A stretch of 62,461 bases of DNA, counting the filler, from Hausera hauseri (taxonomy: Eukaryota), in the NCBI GenBank assembly GCA_046269625.1. It is 10 parts of 10 records of this genome, joined end to end, with 100 filler letters (N's around TTAATTAATTAA, not from the genome) between each part and the next. Parts side by side here need not be neighbours in the genome. Positions count along the whole stretch, not along the records: positions 6,713 to 21,680 come from JBJURY010488797.1; positions 21,781 to 26,599 come from JBJURY010425141.1; 8 more parts are not named here. One strand, given 5' to 3'. Shown here in pieces: positions 12,190 to 25,650 of the stretch; positions within the stretch are counted from its first letter, which is position 1, and every line of letters starts with the position of its first letter. The position numbers were made by a program, and so were the translations under genes. Under the pieces are notes generated by a model. That model searched no databases. It was not told where the DNA came from and saw only the letters and a list, made by a program, of their open reading frames with translations.

Positions 12190-15100
12190 CTAAATGCATC
12201 GCAGTGATGGCACTGGAACCACAACATGTACAGTTTCCTCCCTACTTCTTGAAAACCTAACCTTACACTTGGCATACGCACAACGACTAATGATTCTTTT
12301 TAGTGGGAGGTAGGTTGCATAGGAAAAAGGTTCAAAACCCACTTCCCAAACTGAACATGAATCACTATGACTGTAAAAATGTCTATCACCATGTTGTTTA
12401 AACCATTTCACCTCAGCCACAGTATGCTCAGCTTTAACTGTCTTACCATCTCTTTTCAAAAAGATTATGACCTTAAGCATTTTGGAAATCAATGCTGGTC
12501 GAGCAGCAGCTTTCGGATCAATAACAGGTTCGCCTGTTTTCTCATCATTTCTGAGCCACCTTGCGAAAACACATGACTTTGCATCAGCTCTGTAGTCTCC
12601 ACTTGATAGCAATTCCCCTCCTACTGTGCATCTGTCAAACCTAATGGAGTTGAAAGACACTCTGTGTACACAGTCGTTTTTGTACAAAGTCTTAAACATT
12701 GAAAGGAGAGCGTCACTTTCTTCATACGAAATATGTCTTCGGTGTAAAGGTGGAAGCAGATTCTCCAAAGTCTCATCAAATCGGAAGTCATGCGGAACAT
12801 CACTGTCTGACATAATTTTAAGTCTATTAATCTGTTCCATTGTAAGTTTGTAGCTGCATTTTGATGCTTTCTTTTTAGAGAATTGTAAATGCTCTTCAAC
12901 CTGTTTTGGTAAAGATTTCGATTTACGAAATACCTGCCAGCCTAGCAACCATTTACGCATCATAATGACTTCTGCATGTCGGTTATTAGTATGGTAGTCA
13001 CCTAAAATCCCATTACACCTTTCAAAAGAAAAGCACCAAAATGAATGAACTGGACCATAGTCTAAGATGCACGAATGTAGGTGTAAATGCAGGTGTAAGT
13101 TCATGGTACACCACTCTTTTCCATATTTGTCTTCAAATAAATCACAGAAAATTTGAAGACACCTATGCGCATCATCCAGCTGACTTGTTGTTACAATCCG
13201 GGTACAAAGTGTCCTTGCAGCAGAGACAAAAGATGTCCAGATATTATAATCTGCTTCAGGCAAAAGACCTTTCAAGGCATACAAAGAGTAAGTGCATACC
13301 CAAATCTTCCACTGGGCTGCTGTAAATCCTTCAAACGCAGACTCGATTTTTCCAGGAATTCCAGGATCAAGGTCACTCGGGACTTTTAAGGAATCCACTC
13401 GTGACTGCAAAATTAGGAAGGACTGCCTATTCAGTATACCTTTTTCTTTCCACACTTGCATTACTCTTTTGGCTGTGCCCTCCAAGATATTATGCATGGG
13501 GTCAATAACATGCATTCTAACTGGGTCAAAATAAGGCAAGTCGTGAAGAACACTATACCTGGCACCATAAATTCCTTCTAATCTTGCTTGATCTGCCTTT
13601 GATTTGGCTCTTTTTGCTTTCCTGGCATACAAAATGTGATTTTCTTTTGACCTGGGGAGCCACTGATCACACCGGAAACCTGAGTAGTCGACCTTGTTAT
13701 CAGTGGTTCTTGGAAATTGTTTTAAACATTTAGAACATCCCATTTTAGCCATGTGCCCTAGAAAACCTCCAGTCTTGCGAGATGCTGGAATATCACTTGA
13801 CAAACACAGTAGAGCAGCTCTGTATTGTTGCCTTCCTAAACCCGTAGAGTCTAACAAGTAAACCCCCTTCCACAGGTCATGAAGGTCATCAACAAGTGGT
13901 TTCATGTAGGAATTAATATGCCCTTTGGGTTCATGTGGTCCAGGAATTATTCCTGCGATTATAATATTCTCCTCCTTAAATCGCTCCTCACGAGGAAGAT
14001 TCATTACAACTAGATACATAACACCTACAGAATCTTTAACTTTATCATAGGGCTGAAACCAGTCAACATTAAGCATGAGACCCAGATTACATGCTTCAGA
14101 AAGAAATGGCTTTCCATCATAAGCTTGAAAATCTTTCCAAATCTGTCCATCAAACACATCAGCAATAACATTGTCGCACATTTCACGTTCTCTCCACTTT
14201 TCACAGGCTTGATTAAAACCTGGTCTCTGTGCTAAATCCTGCAAGCTCTTTGTTATGTTTCTATAGCAAAAGCTACGTTTGGGATATAAATAGGGTAACC
14301 CTTTTTTCCCAATGGCTGTTTTCAAAAGCACAGTCCCACATTCCTTACGATGCCGCTTTTGTGCATGTTTTTTAAAACTTACATGACTACATCTTGCTGA
14401 TTTTTTTCTTATGCTGTGTCCATCCTTTACAATTATGGTTGCCTCCTCAAGTGTATATACTGTGTCACAAACTGGGCATGCCACATAGTGAATGAAGTCA
14501 TCTTTTTGGAGTGAAAGCATTTTCCTGATATTATACATGGTTGAGGGAATTTTTTCAGCCAAATGTCTCAATGTATCAATCTTTAAAATGCTGCCAACCA
14601 CAAAAAGAAATGACTTAACCAGATTTAACAGTGCGATGTAAGCATTGTCTGAAATTGTAAACTGGGACTTCCACATTGTAAGTTGAAGGATAAAATATGT
14701 CAACCATGAGTACTGAACATCATCAACATTGCTGTTATCATTCCTCTCTTCATCTGCTTTGTCTTCATGTGTGCCTTCAAATGCAATGTCTTCTCCACTC
14801 CATTCCATGTCCTCATCTTCATTGCTGCCTCCAGTGTCTTCTTCAACTCCAACATATTCTTCATCGCTATTGTCACTTTCCTCTTCACGGCATCTGGTGT
14901 TCCTATTTTCTTCAACTCCAACATATTCTTCATCGGTATTGTCATGTTCCTCATCATGGCATCTGGTGTTCCTTGTGCTGCATTCGCTGCTGCTGCTAGC
15001 ACCTGGAATCACATTTCAATCACAGTTCAATCATCTGTCAAAACAAACCAACAATGACATCAATCTTATACAGAACTTAAAAGAACAAACATTTTCCTCA

Positions 15101-18100
15101 GCAACTCCTACTAAAATGAATTTTATTCTAAATTAAATTACATATTTTTAGTTAGTTCTGTGTTTCTTGATTAGGACCTAATATGGACATGGTGGTTCTT
15201 TGGACTTCACTTTTCATTTATCACAATCAGGACAATAGTATCACTACTGCTGACAGTTGGGCAGAAGGAATTGAGTTATAAGATTAGTGAAAGCACCCAA
15301 ACAGGAAAATAACTGGAAGACCTGCTGCAGTACAACATCTATGGAGTTTGGAAGATCCTGAAGACAATTTCAGTTTACAAAACTTTACTCCAGACCTGCA
15401 GCAGATTCAAGGTGTGTGAATGATCTGAAACCACCTCCCCCGATTCTCCCCAACAGCAATGCCCTCATTACCATTTCACACATTGTTAACATTCCCCACT
15501 TTGGAAGACCCCCAGTGAGTTCTTCAGCCGTCAGTAGCTTTACATAGTGGACAAACAAGTTTAACTAGGATTAAAAAGTGTTGTTGATATGATAAGAACT
15601 GGTGTTGGTATTCCAACGTCGACCATTTGCCGATTATTAGTGCCCTTATTATCATCTATTGTTGAAGGAGTCAAACTTACAAACACCATGGTGGGAGGGA
15701 GACACACCTCCCAGTGCTAATTCATGCTCACTCAAGTCGTTCTGAACCCTCGTACAGCTGGGGGAGGGTGGGCCACTGTGCGCCTGACCCAGATTGTGTG
15801 TGAGCAATTACAAAAGCATCAAATTCATTATGGTGGTATCGATATGAGAACAGGTATCGTCTTGGTATTGATCGTTTCAAGCCCTGAAATATCAAGGCCC
15901 ACCCCTACAACAACAAACAAATCAGTAGAGAATTGCTGACAAATGTACCTGCATATGTTTGCTCTTCTCCATCATCTTTGTAGAATGAGTCATCACTATC
16001 CTGTAACACAAATATAGAACATTAAATATTATTCCACTTTTCCTCCTTACAAACCATCAGCATTACATAAACATTGATCCAAACGTTTATTTTAATGTTA
16101 ATGTTTGAATACAAAATTTAAATCAAACATTAAAAATTCAAGTGTAATTTGTTTCACGTTGCACAATACATATATATCAATAAATCTATAAATTTTACAG
16201 AAGATACAATTCAGAGATGCAGCTTTTCTGTGAAGAAGGGCAAGAGATGCAAATGTGTGAAGTGTAACTTTCAAACAACATTCCAAAGCATACATCTCAC
16301 AAATTCCAATTATTTCACTATGAATTTTCTTAAGAATTCTTCTTGTTCAGGTTGGGGTTTACAACCCACCTCAAGGCAACATAAATAGTGAAAACCTTGA
16401 CTTATCAATGGCATGGAACAACAATATCCAGATGTACTATCCATTATCACGTGGGACTTTAAAATAGGAAAATTTAAACATGAACTACCAAAATATAAAC
16501 AGAATGTTACCTGTTCCACCAGAGAAAATAACAGACTGCATCACTGCTTCACCTTTTTAAAAGACACATATCACTCAGTCCACTGTGTTACTATGGGACA
16601 CGACAACTGTTTGATATTGGTCCAAAATACAGGCAGAAACTGAAATGTACAAAACCTTTAGTTAAACTTCACCTGAGGCGGAAAGCATAAACTACTGGAC
16701 TGATTTGAATTAATCGAGTTGAACATCTGCGGATCTACAAATGACAACATGGATCATCTCGCTGACTCTGTGATATTATCAAGTAATATAAACAATAAAT
16801 ATTTGTGCAAAGACCTTCTTCACGTTGGCAACAAGGTAAATCTTAACTTGGTGCACAATGACACTCATGTCCTCAGTGGGCCAGGGCTGAAGCCTACAGG
16901 ACTGTGAATAAAGGCCAAGAACACACAAACAAAACACATCACAGCAGCTCCCAAAAAGTCCAGTTGAAACCACAAAAACATGTTTTCAACCAACGATACT
17001 GTATCAGTATGAGGAGGACTCGTTGACATCACAAACTGCAGCAACTCCTTCTATTCAGTGTAGTAAACAAAGGCCTGGCTGAATATCTGAGTGACTTGTT
17101 TGGAAGGTTTAGGGACACATTCACACCTCCTAACTACTCACACTCAACGTCAGCTTCCATGCATATGGGGGCACTCCTGCCCCCACCTTTGGTCACCCAA
17201 GTTGTACCAAATCCAGAGGAGCCAGAGACAGGAAACAACATGCTTTGTGATGGTGTTTTCCAGTGATGTATGAAGTTACACAAAGTGATAGTTGAATAAA
17301 AGTACAGGTATCTTACCCAAACATTACTTTTAGTAATATTACTTAAAGTAAAAGTGTAAAGTATATGATAATTGTTGGACTTAAGTATTAAAAGTTAAAG
17401 TACTGATTTAAAATTAGCAGTAAGATTTTCTGTAATGACATTTATTAGGAAAACAATGCAGACTGCTAATTAGCTAAACTAGCTAATTAATTTATGTCTA
17501 ATTTAGGATGCACTAGTCAAAATGTTTCAATTTAAAAACATATATCACAGCTGCACAAACATTTCTCCCCAAACTAAAAATGTAGCTGATCAATGGTGCC
17601 AAATGAAATAATGTAATTCATGAAATCCAAATACTTACTAAGTACAGGTCTTTTATTTTAATGATTATGTCAATTTTTATGTTATGATATGTACAATATA
17701 TGTGGATAGTACTTATTTTTTGTATGTGCTTCAATAGAAAGCGGTTTACTAATTGTTTTTAGAATAAGTTTTCAGCTTTCCTCTGAGTTATCTATTTAAT
17801 TGCTTAATCCACTAAATCTATGGAGCTGTTTTTAATATTACACTCCTTCCATACTGTTGGTTGTCTGTGTGAATGAATAATGAAATACCCTACTCATGTG
17901 AGAACTTAAACATTGAATCACTTTGAACAAGAAGTGCATACCATGTTGCTTACCTGATTTTCGTCAAGAATATCACTGTCAACTTTGTTTGCTCTTCCAT
18001 TCACTCGTCTCATTTCAGAATTGTCTTGCGACATCCCCTGTGAGATCAATATTGAAAAACCATAACTTGTTATTTTGAATAAAGACAATTGCAACTATAT

Positions 18101-19307
18101 GAGACTGAAAGATTTAATATTGTTATTACATTAATACTACAACAAGAAGTACGGAAAAAGATTGTGCCTTTCAGTTGTGCTGACATATAATTTGGTAGAC
18201 TAAAACCGTTTCCTTCTGCCCTAACAAATAGCTAAAATGTATGTTAATTGTGTGCATTTTTCAGCTTAGTCTTTCAAAAAAAAAAAAAAAAAGGCTTTAC
18301 ACACGTGTTGTCTGAGGCCATAATGTAAAATATTAAAACATGTGTTTTGATCAAACATGCAGTACTAGTAGTCTTTTAACAGAAACATTTTTTACTCTTA
18401 CTAGTACATTGTCTTGGGTGTATATCCGTCCAAGATGTAAGCTTCCTACATTTGCTAACATTTGAGACTAATCTTGTGGTACTTTCGGTATGGTACTAGG
18501 ACTTTACACAACACGCTGCGTGTGCATTCTGTTTATGTACCTTAAAAACATCCCCTAGCAAAAATTAATGTTTACTGATGAGTATAAAGCTGAGTAAGTT
18601 CATAACTGAGGAGCAAATCTCAGAGAAAACTTGGAATTTCTTCGATTAATTTCTGAAATCTTTACCAAAAATCAAGTAAATTTTATGCGTTTGTTGTGAG
18701 TGACTGGAGCACTAAGTTAGTGAGTAAACATTATTTAAATAGCCCCTTTCGTGGACATGAACATCACAAATTCACTTTTTCTGTTATGTGCGTAACAACA
18801 GCAAAAACAAAATCAAAAGATCCAGAGACCTTTATTTTGAAATATCCGGTTACCTAAACAGGATATTTAACCCCAAACTGTGTAAATTGACAGTGATATT
18901 GCATGTCTGCATAGAGTGATGAAAAATGTTTTTCTCAAGGCCCCGTAGGCTAATCATTTCGGATGTTCCTATTGCTAGTCACTCAAGCGCTCTCACCCTT
19001 ATATGTGGCCAAGCAGAGTTTGTTCATAAAATGCTTGAAAAGTGTAATTCGGAAATTATTCTCAGAAATTCTGAGTTTTTGCTCGTAGATTTGCTCCTCC
19101 TTTTTTTCCATCTGCAAACCGGCCCTAATACGCCGTCGTAGTGTTTATACATACCTTATTGGTATCCACCAGTCCGTAGCTTTTTTTCCGTCCAAATTTA
19201 CGTAAATGGTCATAGTATGTAGTTTTACACACAACTTCTCTACAGTGGTCACAGTACATGTACCTGGGTTTTCTTTTATATTGTTTTTTAACTGGCGTAC
19301 TCATCAT
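12190..19307 (-). CDS. EnSpm/CACTA (CMC) transposase, Transposase_21-like, 4 exons: complement(join(12190..15002,15949..16000,17954..18037,19155..19307))
   Basis: Motifs DVFDGQIWKDF, LMLNVDWFQPY, NLPREERF, IPGPHEP, SDIPASRK, GCSKC, IDPMHNIL, FSFERCNG. The three introns are GT..AG with compatible phases (0,0,1). Exon 1 carries a CxxC...H zinc-finger-like segment. The reading frame is intact. Confidence 0.9.
15280..15480 (+). mobile_element. Rex1/Babar LINE fragment in a transposase intron
   Basis: Degenerate LEDLLQYNIYGVWKILKTISVYK. Confidence 0.5.
16400..17200 (+). mobile_element. Rex1/Babar LINE remnant (endonuclease-to-RT linker region)
   Basis: IITWDF..LPKYKQNVTCSTRENNRLHHCFT.LKDTYHSV..YRQKLK matches the Rex1/Babar pattern (IIxGDFN..HVTCPTR..LDHCY). 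Confidence 0.7.
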
Positions 19308-19580
19308 GGTGTCCTGCTACAGATATCAAAACAGTAGTGATGAGTAGAATTCATATACTGTTTTAATAATAATGTTATAATCTACTCCACCTATACCAAT
19401 GCTTTGTGGTTCATTTGATTGGTTGTTCACCCCCTGCGCAGCAGTAGCGTGCATTTTCATTGGCTGCTTCCTCTAGCCGATCACATCAAATCCACAGGTA
19501 GCCGCGCAGGTTAAATTACGGTCCAACGCTGAGTTTTGGCCAATTTTGAGTTGAGTTCACACCGAGTATTAGCCTACGGA

Positions 19581-21579
19581 ATGTCTGGAAAAAAACGACT
19601 CCTCGCCATGTCTTCTGACTCGGAGGACAGCGATGTCGGAGGTGATGTCAGCGTACGCCGAAGAACCGACGAAACCCCTATGTGTGGGTCTTCAAAGGGC
19701 GGCCAAGTAAAACGGCGCATCGTTGGATCCAGAGGGAGAACTCAAAGTCCGGAGATTGGTGTCACAATACACGATGTGTGGAAGTAAGTAGATATATTTT
19801 TACGCCCTGTAAGACCTCATTTTGTAATAACGCATTATGTGAAAATGTAGCTGACAAAGCCAGGTTTCAAAATATAATAAACTCGCGCTAAAACCGGGGT
19901 GTAGGATGACCATCAGCAGCGGAAGGGAAAGGGGCAGAATGCAAATGAAAGATGTGTGCTGCAAGTCAATGTAAAAACATGATTCAGTCAGTTTGTTTTC
20001 TGTTATGGTTCTGTTCCAATTTTCTCATTCATTAACTACAATGTTGCAAAACACAACTTAATATGTTTCAGGGCACTGTCCGAAATAAGCAAAAGGATGG
20101 ACAAGATGGAGGAGAACCGGGACCGGAAACTGGACGAGCTTACTGAGGCTGTTGCAGACATAAAAGACCAATTGGTGACAGGAGCAGCAACAGCTGCAAC
20201 TCGAAACACATCAACGATCATCCCCAAGGCCCTGTCTGTAGGTTATAAGCCTGTGTATTGTTCTTCCCATAAATTTATAATGTCTGTCGAAACGGATCTA
20301 TGATCTGATTAAAGTACAATGGCTATGGATTATCATTCACTTACTTTTGTGTAGGTAGCTACCTAGGGGTAAAAACATTTAGAAAATGGAAGACAACAAA
20401 AACTTCATCAACGTCTTTCTCTTGAAAGGGATGGAGAACTATTGAACTGCATTTGCAATTTAAAATAACTGCCTAAGTGGTTATCATCATTATGTTAAAA
20501 TATTTTGTTTTTAGACAATGTAACACACCTTGATCTCTGTGATTGTTTTTTTTAGCGTGAAGTAAAACGGATACACAGGAGTCTGGAGGAAGAACGTAAA
20601 TACAGGGGAAATGAGAGGTAAGATATAACTAAACATGTATTAGTCTTTCGTCTGATTACAAGGTCGCTGATCAATATTTTTTCCTCCAGAGGGTACAGCG
20701 GCATCGCTGAAGGAATTTTTAGAAATTTATTTCACAGCTCCACTTTGTTTGAACTGTTGAACAAGTTTTGTAAGGCTGACATGACCCTTTTTGTCTCCAG
20801 TCCTTTAATATTTATGCACTGGAAAAAATATGTTCTTTATGATAGCAGTGTCCAAGCATTCATTTTTTTATTAAGTGCCTCACCTCCCGCCCCACTGTAG
20901 GGACCACTGCTTTAGTTCCAAACAATGTATCACTTTAAAGAACTCAAAAACCAATGTTTATGGCAGCTGTTTGATATGTCATAGTTTATGTTGCTTTATT
21001 CATTTCAGATTTCTTTAATGTAATCTGCAGGTTTACGTCTGAGCACAACAGCGATGTCACAAACTCGGTGTCACGGACAATTCTGGATGCGGAGGAATAT
21101 GATTCCTCTTTGATAAGAAGTAAGTTATGATTTTAAAATTGGTTTTACCTGAGACACTAGGTTTATTGTAGTGCATTTTTTCAGGCAGTTTAAAAAAGTA
21201 TAGGTATTGTACATAAACTACTTTCTGTGAAAAACAAAATGTACCCATATGTGAACAACTGGTCAGTGTTAATGGATTAAACTAGAAGTTTATAACTGTG
21301 AAACAAAGTATCCGAATACTGTTCAATTCCACAAAAAGACTAATGGTAATGGTAGTTTATTTGTATAGCACTTTTTAGCAGCAAGGCCATACAAAGGGCT
21401 TCTATATAAATACATACAAATGATAATAAAATACTAAGTGCAGACAAATGACATGTCACTTGGTGTTAGGAGCCTGCAACAGATATTTCGAAAACATCAA
21501 GAGGGAATCGAAGTTGACCGAGGACAACAGAATTGAAGAGGATCGCAGAGCCAAAGCTCTTAATAACAGAAGGCATAGG
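19581..21579 (+). CDS. Spliced accessory protein of the CACTA element, C14orf93/DUF4616-like, 3' truncated: join(19581..19783,20072..20237,20556..20617,21031..21119,21470..21579)
   Basis: Five exons with GT..AG introns splice in frame. Coiled coil, then IPKALSREVKRIH...FTSEHNSDVT...ACNRYFENIKR...NNRRHR, resembling C14orf93-family proteins. Divergent from the transposase, with about 270 bp between start codons. Confidence 0.7.
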
Positions 21580-21680
21580 GTGAGTTGACCAACAGTGCTT
21601 GTTGACATAAAATTATAAAAAATAATAAATAAAAAAAAAACATATATATATATATATATATAATATGTGTGTATATACAC

Positions 21681-21780
21681 NNNNNNNNNNNNNNNNNNNN
21701 NNNNNNNNNNNNNNNNNNNNNNNNTTAATTAATTAANNNNNNNNNNNNNNNNNNNNNNNNNNNNNNNNNNNNNNNNNNNN
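21681..21780. other. Artificial contig spacer
   Basis: N-TTAATTAATTAA-N. Confidence 0.99.
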
Positions 21781-22610
21781 GGAAACGACGGATTCATTTG
21801 TAATGACGTCGACATTTTTGTAATTTCGTCATTTGGTCATTTTGTCAGTCCCACCCATGAACTGATTGTATGTCTTCACCACCGCTGGACAGTCAACTGG
21901 TATACGTTTGTGCTGCTTGGCATCATAACGTAACTCTGTTGTATCGGGATCTAATATGTACTTTGTTGAGAGAAAGTAGATCGGCCGTTTGTCGCACCTT
22001 ATGAGAGCTGTAGTTTTACCGTTGTACATAACTCGGTGTGATCCACGTTGCATTTTCTGCTTGGTGGAGATCTTTTGGAAACCGTTTTCTATTTGTCAAG
22101 GCCGTTCCGCACATGTATGTGTTCTGCTGTTGAAGATGTTCAGCAACGTTCACTGAAGTGTAAAAGCGGTCTGTGAAGACACAGTGATGTCGGCCCTCAA
22201 ACGTTTGTAGTAGGCGGTAAACCAAATTTCCTGTAACACCAAGTCCTGCATGTTGGTCTGTTTGTACTTTACCAGTGTAGATTTCCGCATTCACAATGTA
22301 GCCTGTTTTGCTTTCACACAAAAGAAACGCCTTGAGTCCCCATTTGATTGGCTTGTCCTTGATGTATTGTTTGATACTAATCGCATTTTTGGTGGGAATC
22401 ATTCCTTCATCAAGTGACAGCTCGCAGTCAGGCATGTAGAATTCTTGAAAGTTTACGAGGATGTGATTGAAGATTGGTCGGCTTTTGTAGATCTGATTTA
22501 TCAAGATCTGGATCCTGTTCATCAGCACAGTGCAGCATCGACTAGATGGCAAGAAAGCAATCACAAGTGATGACTTTAGTAAATCCGGATGTAGCTGTCA
22601 ACGAACTATC
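21781..22610 (-). mobile_element. piggyBac (PGBD4-like) transposase remnant
   Basis: LSLDEGMIP, KQYIKDKPIKWGLK, EIYTGK, VFTDRFYTSV and YNQFMGGTD cover the DDD triad; frameshifted. Confidence 0.92.
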
Positions 22611-22624
22611 CTTCTTTTTCCCCA

Positions 22625-23842
22625 CTTAGGCCCCACTTGATGCGATACACATATGCCAACGAGTAATCCAATCATCGAAACACTTGTTATATGCACTTTG
22701 CAGTATGGCCTTCAGCTCCTTCTGTGAATTATGTTTAATGGCTTCAATGGTCTGAAAACGTCTTCTGCGAAGTGGTTATTTGTTTGAAGAGGAAAAATTC
22801 ACACGGGGCCGTATCTCGTGAATACGGTGTTTGGTCGATGACATTTGTTGAGTTTTTGGCCCAAAACTCCTGTATAAGGATTGGTGTGTGAGATGGCGTA
22901 TGGTCCTGGTGAAAAATCCAAGAATTGTTTACCCACAAATCTGGCCTTTTACGGCGAACATTCTCTCAAACGCTTCATAACACCCAAGTAATGTTTGTTG
23001 ACTGTTTGCTTCTCTGGAAGGAATTACGAGTGGACAACACCACGACAGTCAAAGAAAACAGTCAACAGGACTTTGATTTTTGAACGACTTTGACGTGTTT
23101 TTTTTTTCGGTTTTGGATCGTTATTGAAGCGCCATTCCGAAGATTGTTGGCTGGTTTGCGTGTCAAACTCGTAAACCCACGTCTAGTCACCCGTTATGAT
23201 GTGTTTTATGAATGTAGTGTCCGAATTGACTCGTTCAAGCATGTCTTCAGCAACCTGTTTCCGGTACTCTTTTTGAAGAAAATTCAGCTACTTCTGAACA
23301 AGCCGTGCTGCAACGCGTCTAATACCCAAAACATCAACCAAAACAGTGCAAAGGGATTCATGAGATATGTCTACATCCTGAGTCATCTCTCTTAAGCTTC
23401 CATGACGATTTTCCATCACCACTTGCTTCACTTTGTTGATGTTTTCATCAGTTGAAGATGTTGAAGGTCGACTAGAACGAGGCAAGTCTTCAATCACTTG
23501 TCGGCCTTCTTTGAATGCTTTGTACCACTCGTATGATCGTGTTTTCGATAAAGCTGACTTACCATAAGCCTTCAACATTTTCCATGATTCAACACAAGAT
23601 ATTTCATTGGCAACACACAATTTGAGGCAAACTCTTTGTTCGATATTTTTATGCATTCTAAAAATAGCAAAACAAACTTTAGGTCAACTAACAAAACAAA
23701 CACTTTAAACAAACTACTTCACAAATAGTGACGAAACTGTATGTGACAATCAGGTACCAACTTAACAGCAAAAATTTTCTTTCATAACTTTTACACGGGC
23801 TTTTTAAATAAACAAATCCCAGTATTTATTTGACAGAATGTA
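22625..23842 (-). mobile_element. Mariner transposon remnant with 5' TIR
   Basis: EQRVCLKLC..YEWYKAFKEGR..DLPRSSRPST, WIFHQDH, PYSRDTAPCEFFLF and CFDDWITRWHMCI. TA + CATTCTGTCAAATAAATACTGGGA TIR-like end at 23842; 3' TIR absent. Confidence 0.9.
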
Positions 23843-24499
23843 TGTACAAATTGTAAAAATTGTGCACGGAAAGTTAACTAAATATCTGTATTTGGGTGAG
23901 ATTATGAAGTTTAACATGGAATTTTTCGTCAAAAGCTCAGACGTAGACTTTTACTTACGTCTTTATTTGTATTCATGATTTGATCGTATGCAAAAAGCAG
24001 TGTAAAAACGGGCACTGAGACAAACCCTATTCCACTCCCATTAAGGTTACATGAAGTCAATGTTATGAGTAACCAAGGTAATGAGTCATAACTGGGATCC
24101 ACAGAATTTCGCGGCAAAAAATAGATTTTACACGACACAATTTCATAAATTCCGCGGCAAAATGAACAAAAAGAAATCTTTATCAAAATGTCAATTTTTA
24201 TAAATAAATTATTTTCGGCACGGCTTCAAAAGTGACAAATTCCACGACCCGAGGAATTTCGTGGGCCCTAGGCATAACGTTTCACCCATCAAGGTCATAG
24301 GAATCATAAACAATGATGACCAACACCTTTATGACTCTTATGACCCTGATGACTCTCCTTTCAGACTCAAATGGCCTTGATGAGTCATATCTTATAACTC
24401 TTATGACCTTAAGGAGGTAAGGTAAAAAATTCTATTTCTAAACCGTATAATACAAACTTCAAAATTGGCGCCGTTGTATCCATTTAAATCGAGTGAATG

Positions 24500-25650
24500 T
24501 TTTTCTGTATCGATGCAGCAAATTAACAGGGGACCTTACTACCCCACCTCAACGTCTGAAGAAGACAATGCCAAAGATAAACACGAATCACCAAAAATAT
24601 TGAAGATAGCTTAACGACATAACCATGCAACGAGAAATGCTGCGACTTTAAAGCACTTAATTTGAGCTCAAGAAATGCCTGAAAGGTTTTCAAGCTTCTT
24701 TCATAGAAAGGCATTGATCAATCAGTTCCATCAAAGTCAAGCATATACAAAGCAACTGTCGAAGCAGCTGAAAAAATCAAGTTCAAAATGAAGGAAAGTT
24801 TGAAAATGGAACAATGGGTTTTGCGTTTTGATGGGAAATATTTCGTTTAAGATGTCGATAGAAAATTATCGGGCTCAAATAATTGCAACTGGCATCACAG
24901 AAACACTAGATTGTTATGAATTATGGTCAGTAATAAAAATGCTGAATAGCGACAGATTTGCTGTAAACACCAATAAACGAAATGGCATTGTTTCAATTTT
25001 ATAACGGCATTTATATCTTTAAGTTCACCAATTCCTAAATATATTGGTTACCAACGTCTCATTCTTGATAGAATACTTAAGCACGTGATGGATGAAATTT
25101 TGGAATGTAAAAATCAAAAATTGTCAATAAAAAAGTCAAAAATTGACTCATTGAACTAGGAATTCATCCAAATTAATAATTCAACTGTGAAACTCGGTGA
25201 TATAGGTTGGAGATTACATGAGATTCTTGCTAGAGCTTCGTCGGTCTTTTCGGTTTTATTAGGACAGAAATGAATTCCCATCCATAAAATGTAGAACTTT
25301 ACCAAGATTGAGTAAGCCCGATGGAACTTTGGGGAAATATTCGGAATGTTGGCTTCCATCCTGCTACCAAATCAACGAGAATGGATAATTTCCATTTGTC
25401 AATATATTTCGGATGTCTCGATGGATTTAAGGTTTTCAAATCAAACATCCAACCCTATTTTATATAAGGTTGGAAGAAGCCATGCAAAATTTTTTACAAA
25501 GAAAAAATTTTCTTTAAAATTCATTGGTGACGAGAATCTTCAAGAATCAATACACAACGAACTAGCATTTGTGCGAAAAGGGTGATCCATCTTTTGTAAA
25601 CCTTACATTGCCTCAGAAATTACACTACAAACAACCGGTTTAACCAAGGT
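24500..25650 (+). mobile_element. Degenerate hAT-like (hATm-type) transposase
   Basis: WVLRFDGK, IKMLNSDRFAVNTNKRNG and IGYQRLILDRILKHVMD resemble the LHxDGK / DTTxxNTG / CxHHxLD motifs. Many stops. Confidence 0.5.

Larger units (their letters stand above)
6820..21680 (-). mobile_element. Large CACTA/EnSpm (CMC superfamily) DNA transposon, truncated by the contig end
   Basis: CACTGGACAAAAA terminus-like sequence at 6820, followed by a subterminal tandem array, a Transposase_21-type gene and a divergent accessory gene. The other end is not in the contig, so the extent is inferred. Confidence 0.6.

Noticed and set aside
12367-15136. Many short overlapping or antisense ORFs within the transposase (and likewise within pol, 31135-33303)
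   Set aside because: Shadow frames of long real ORFs, with no motifs.
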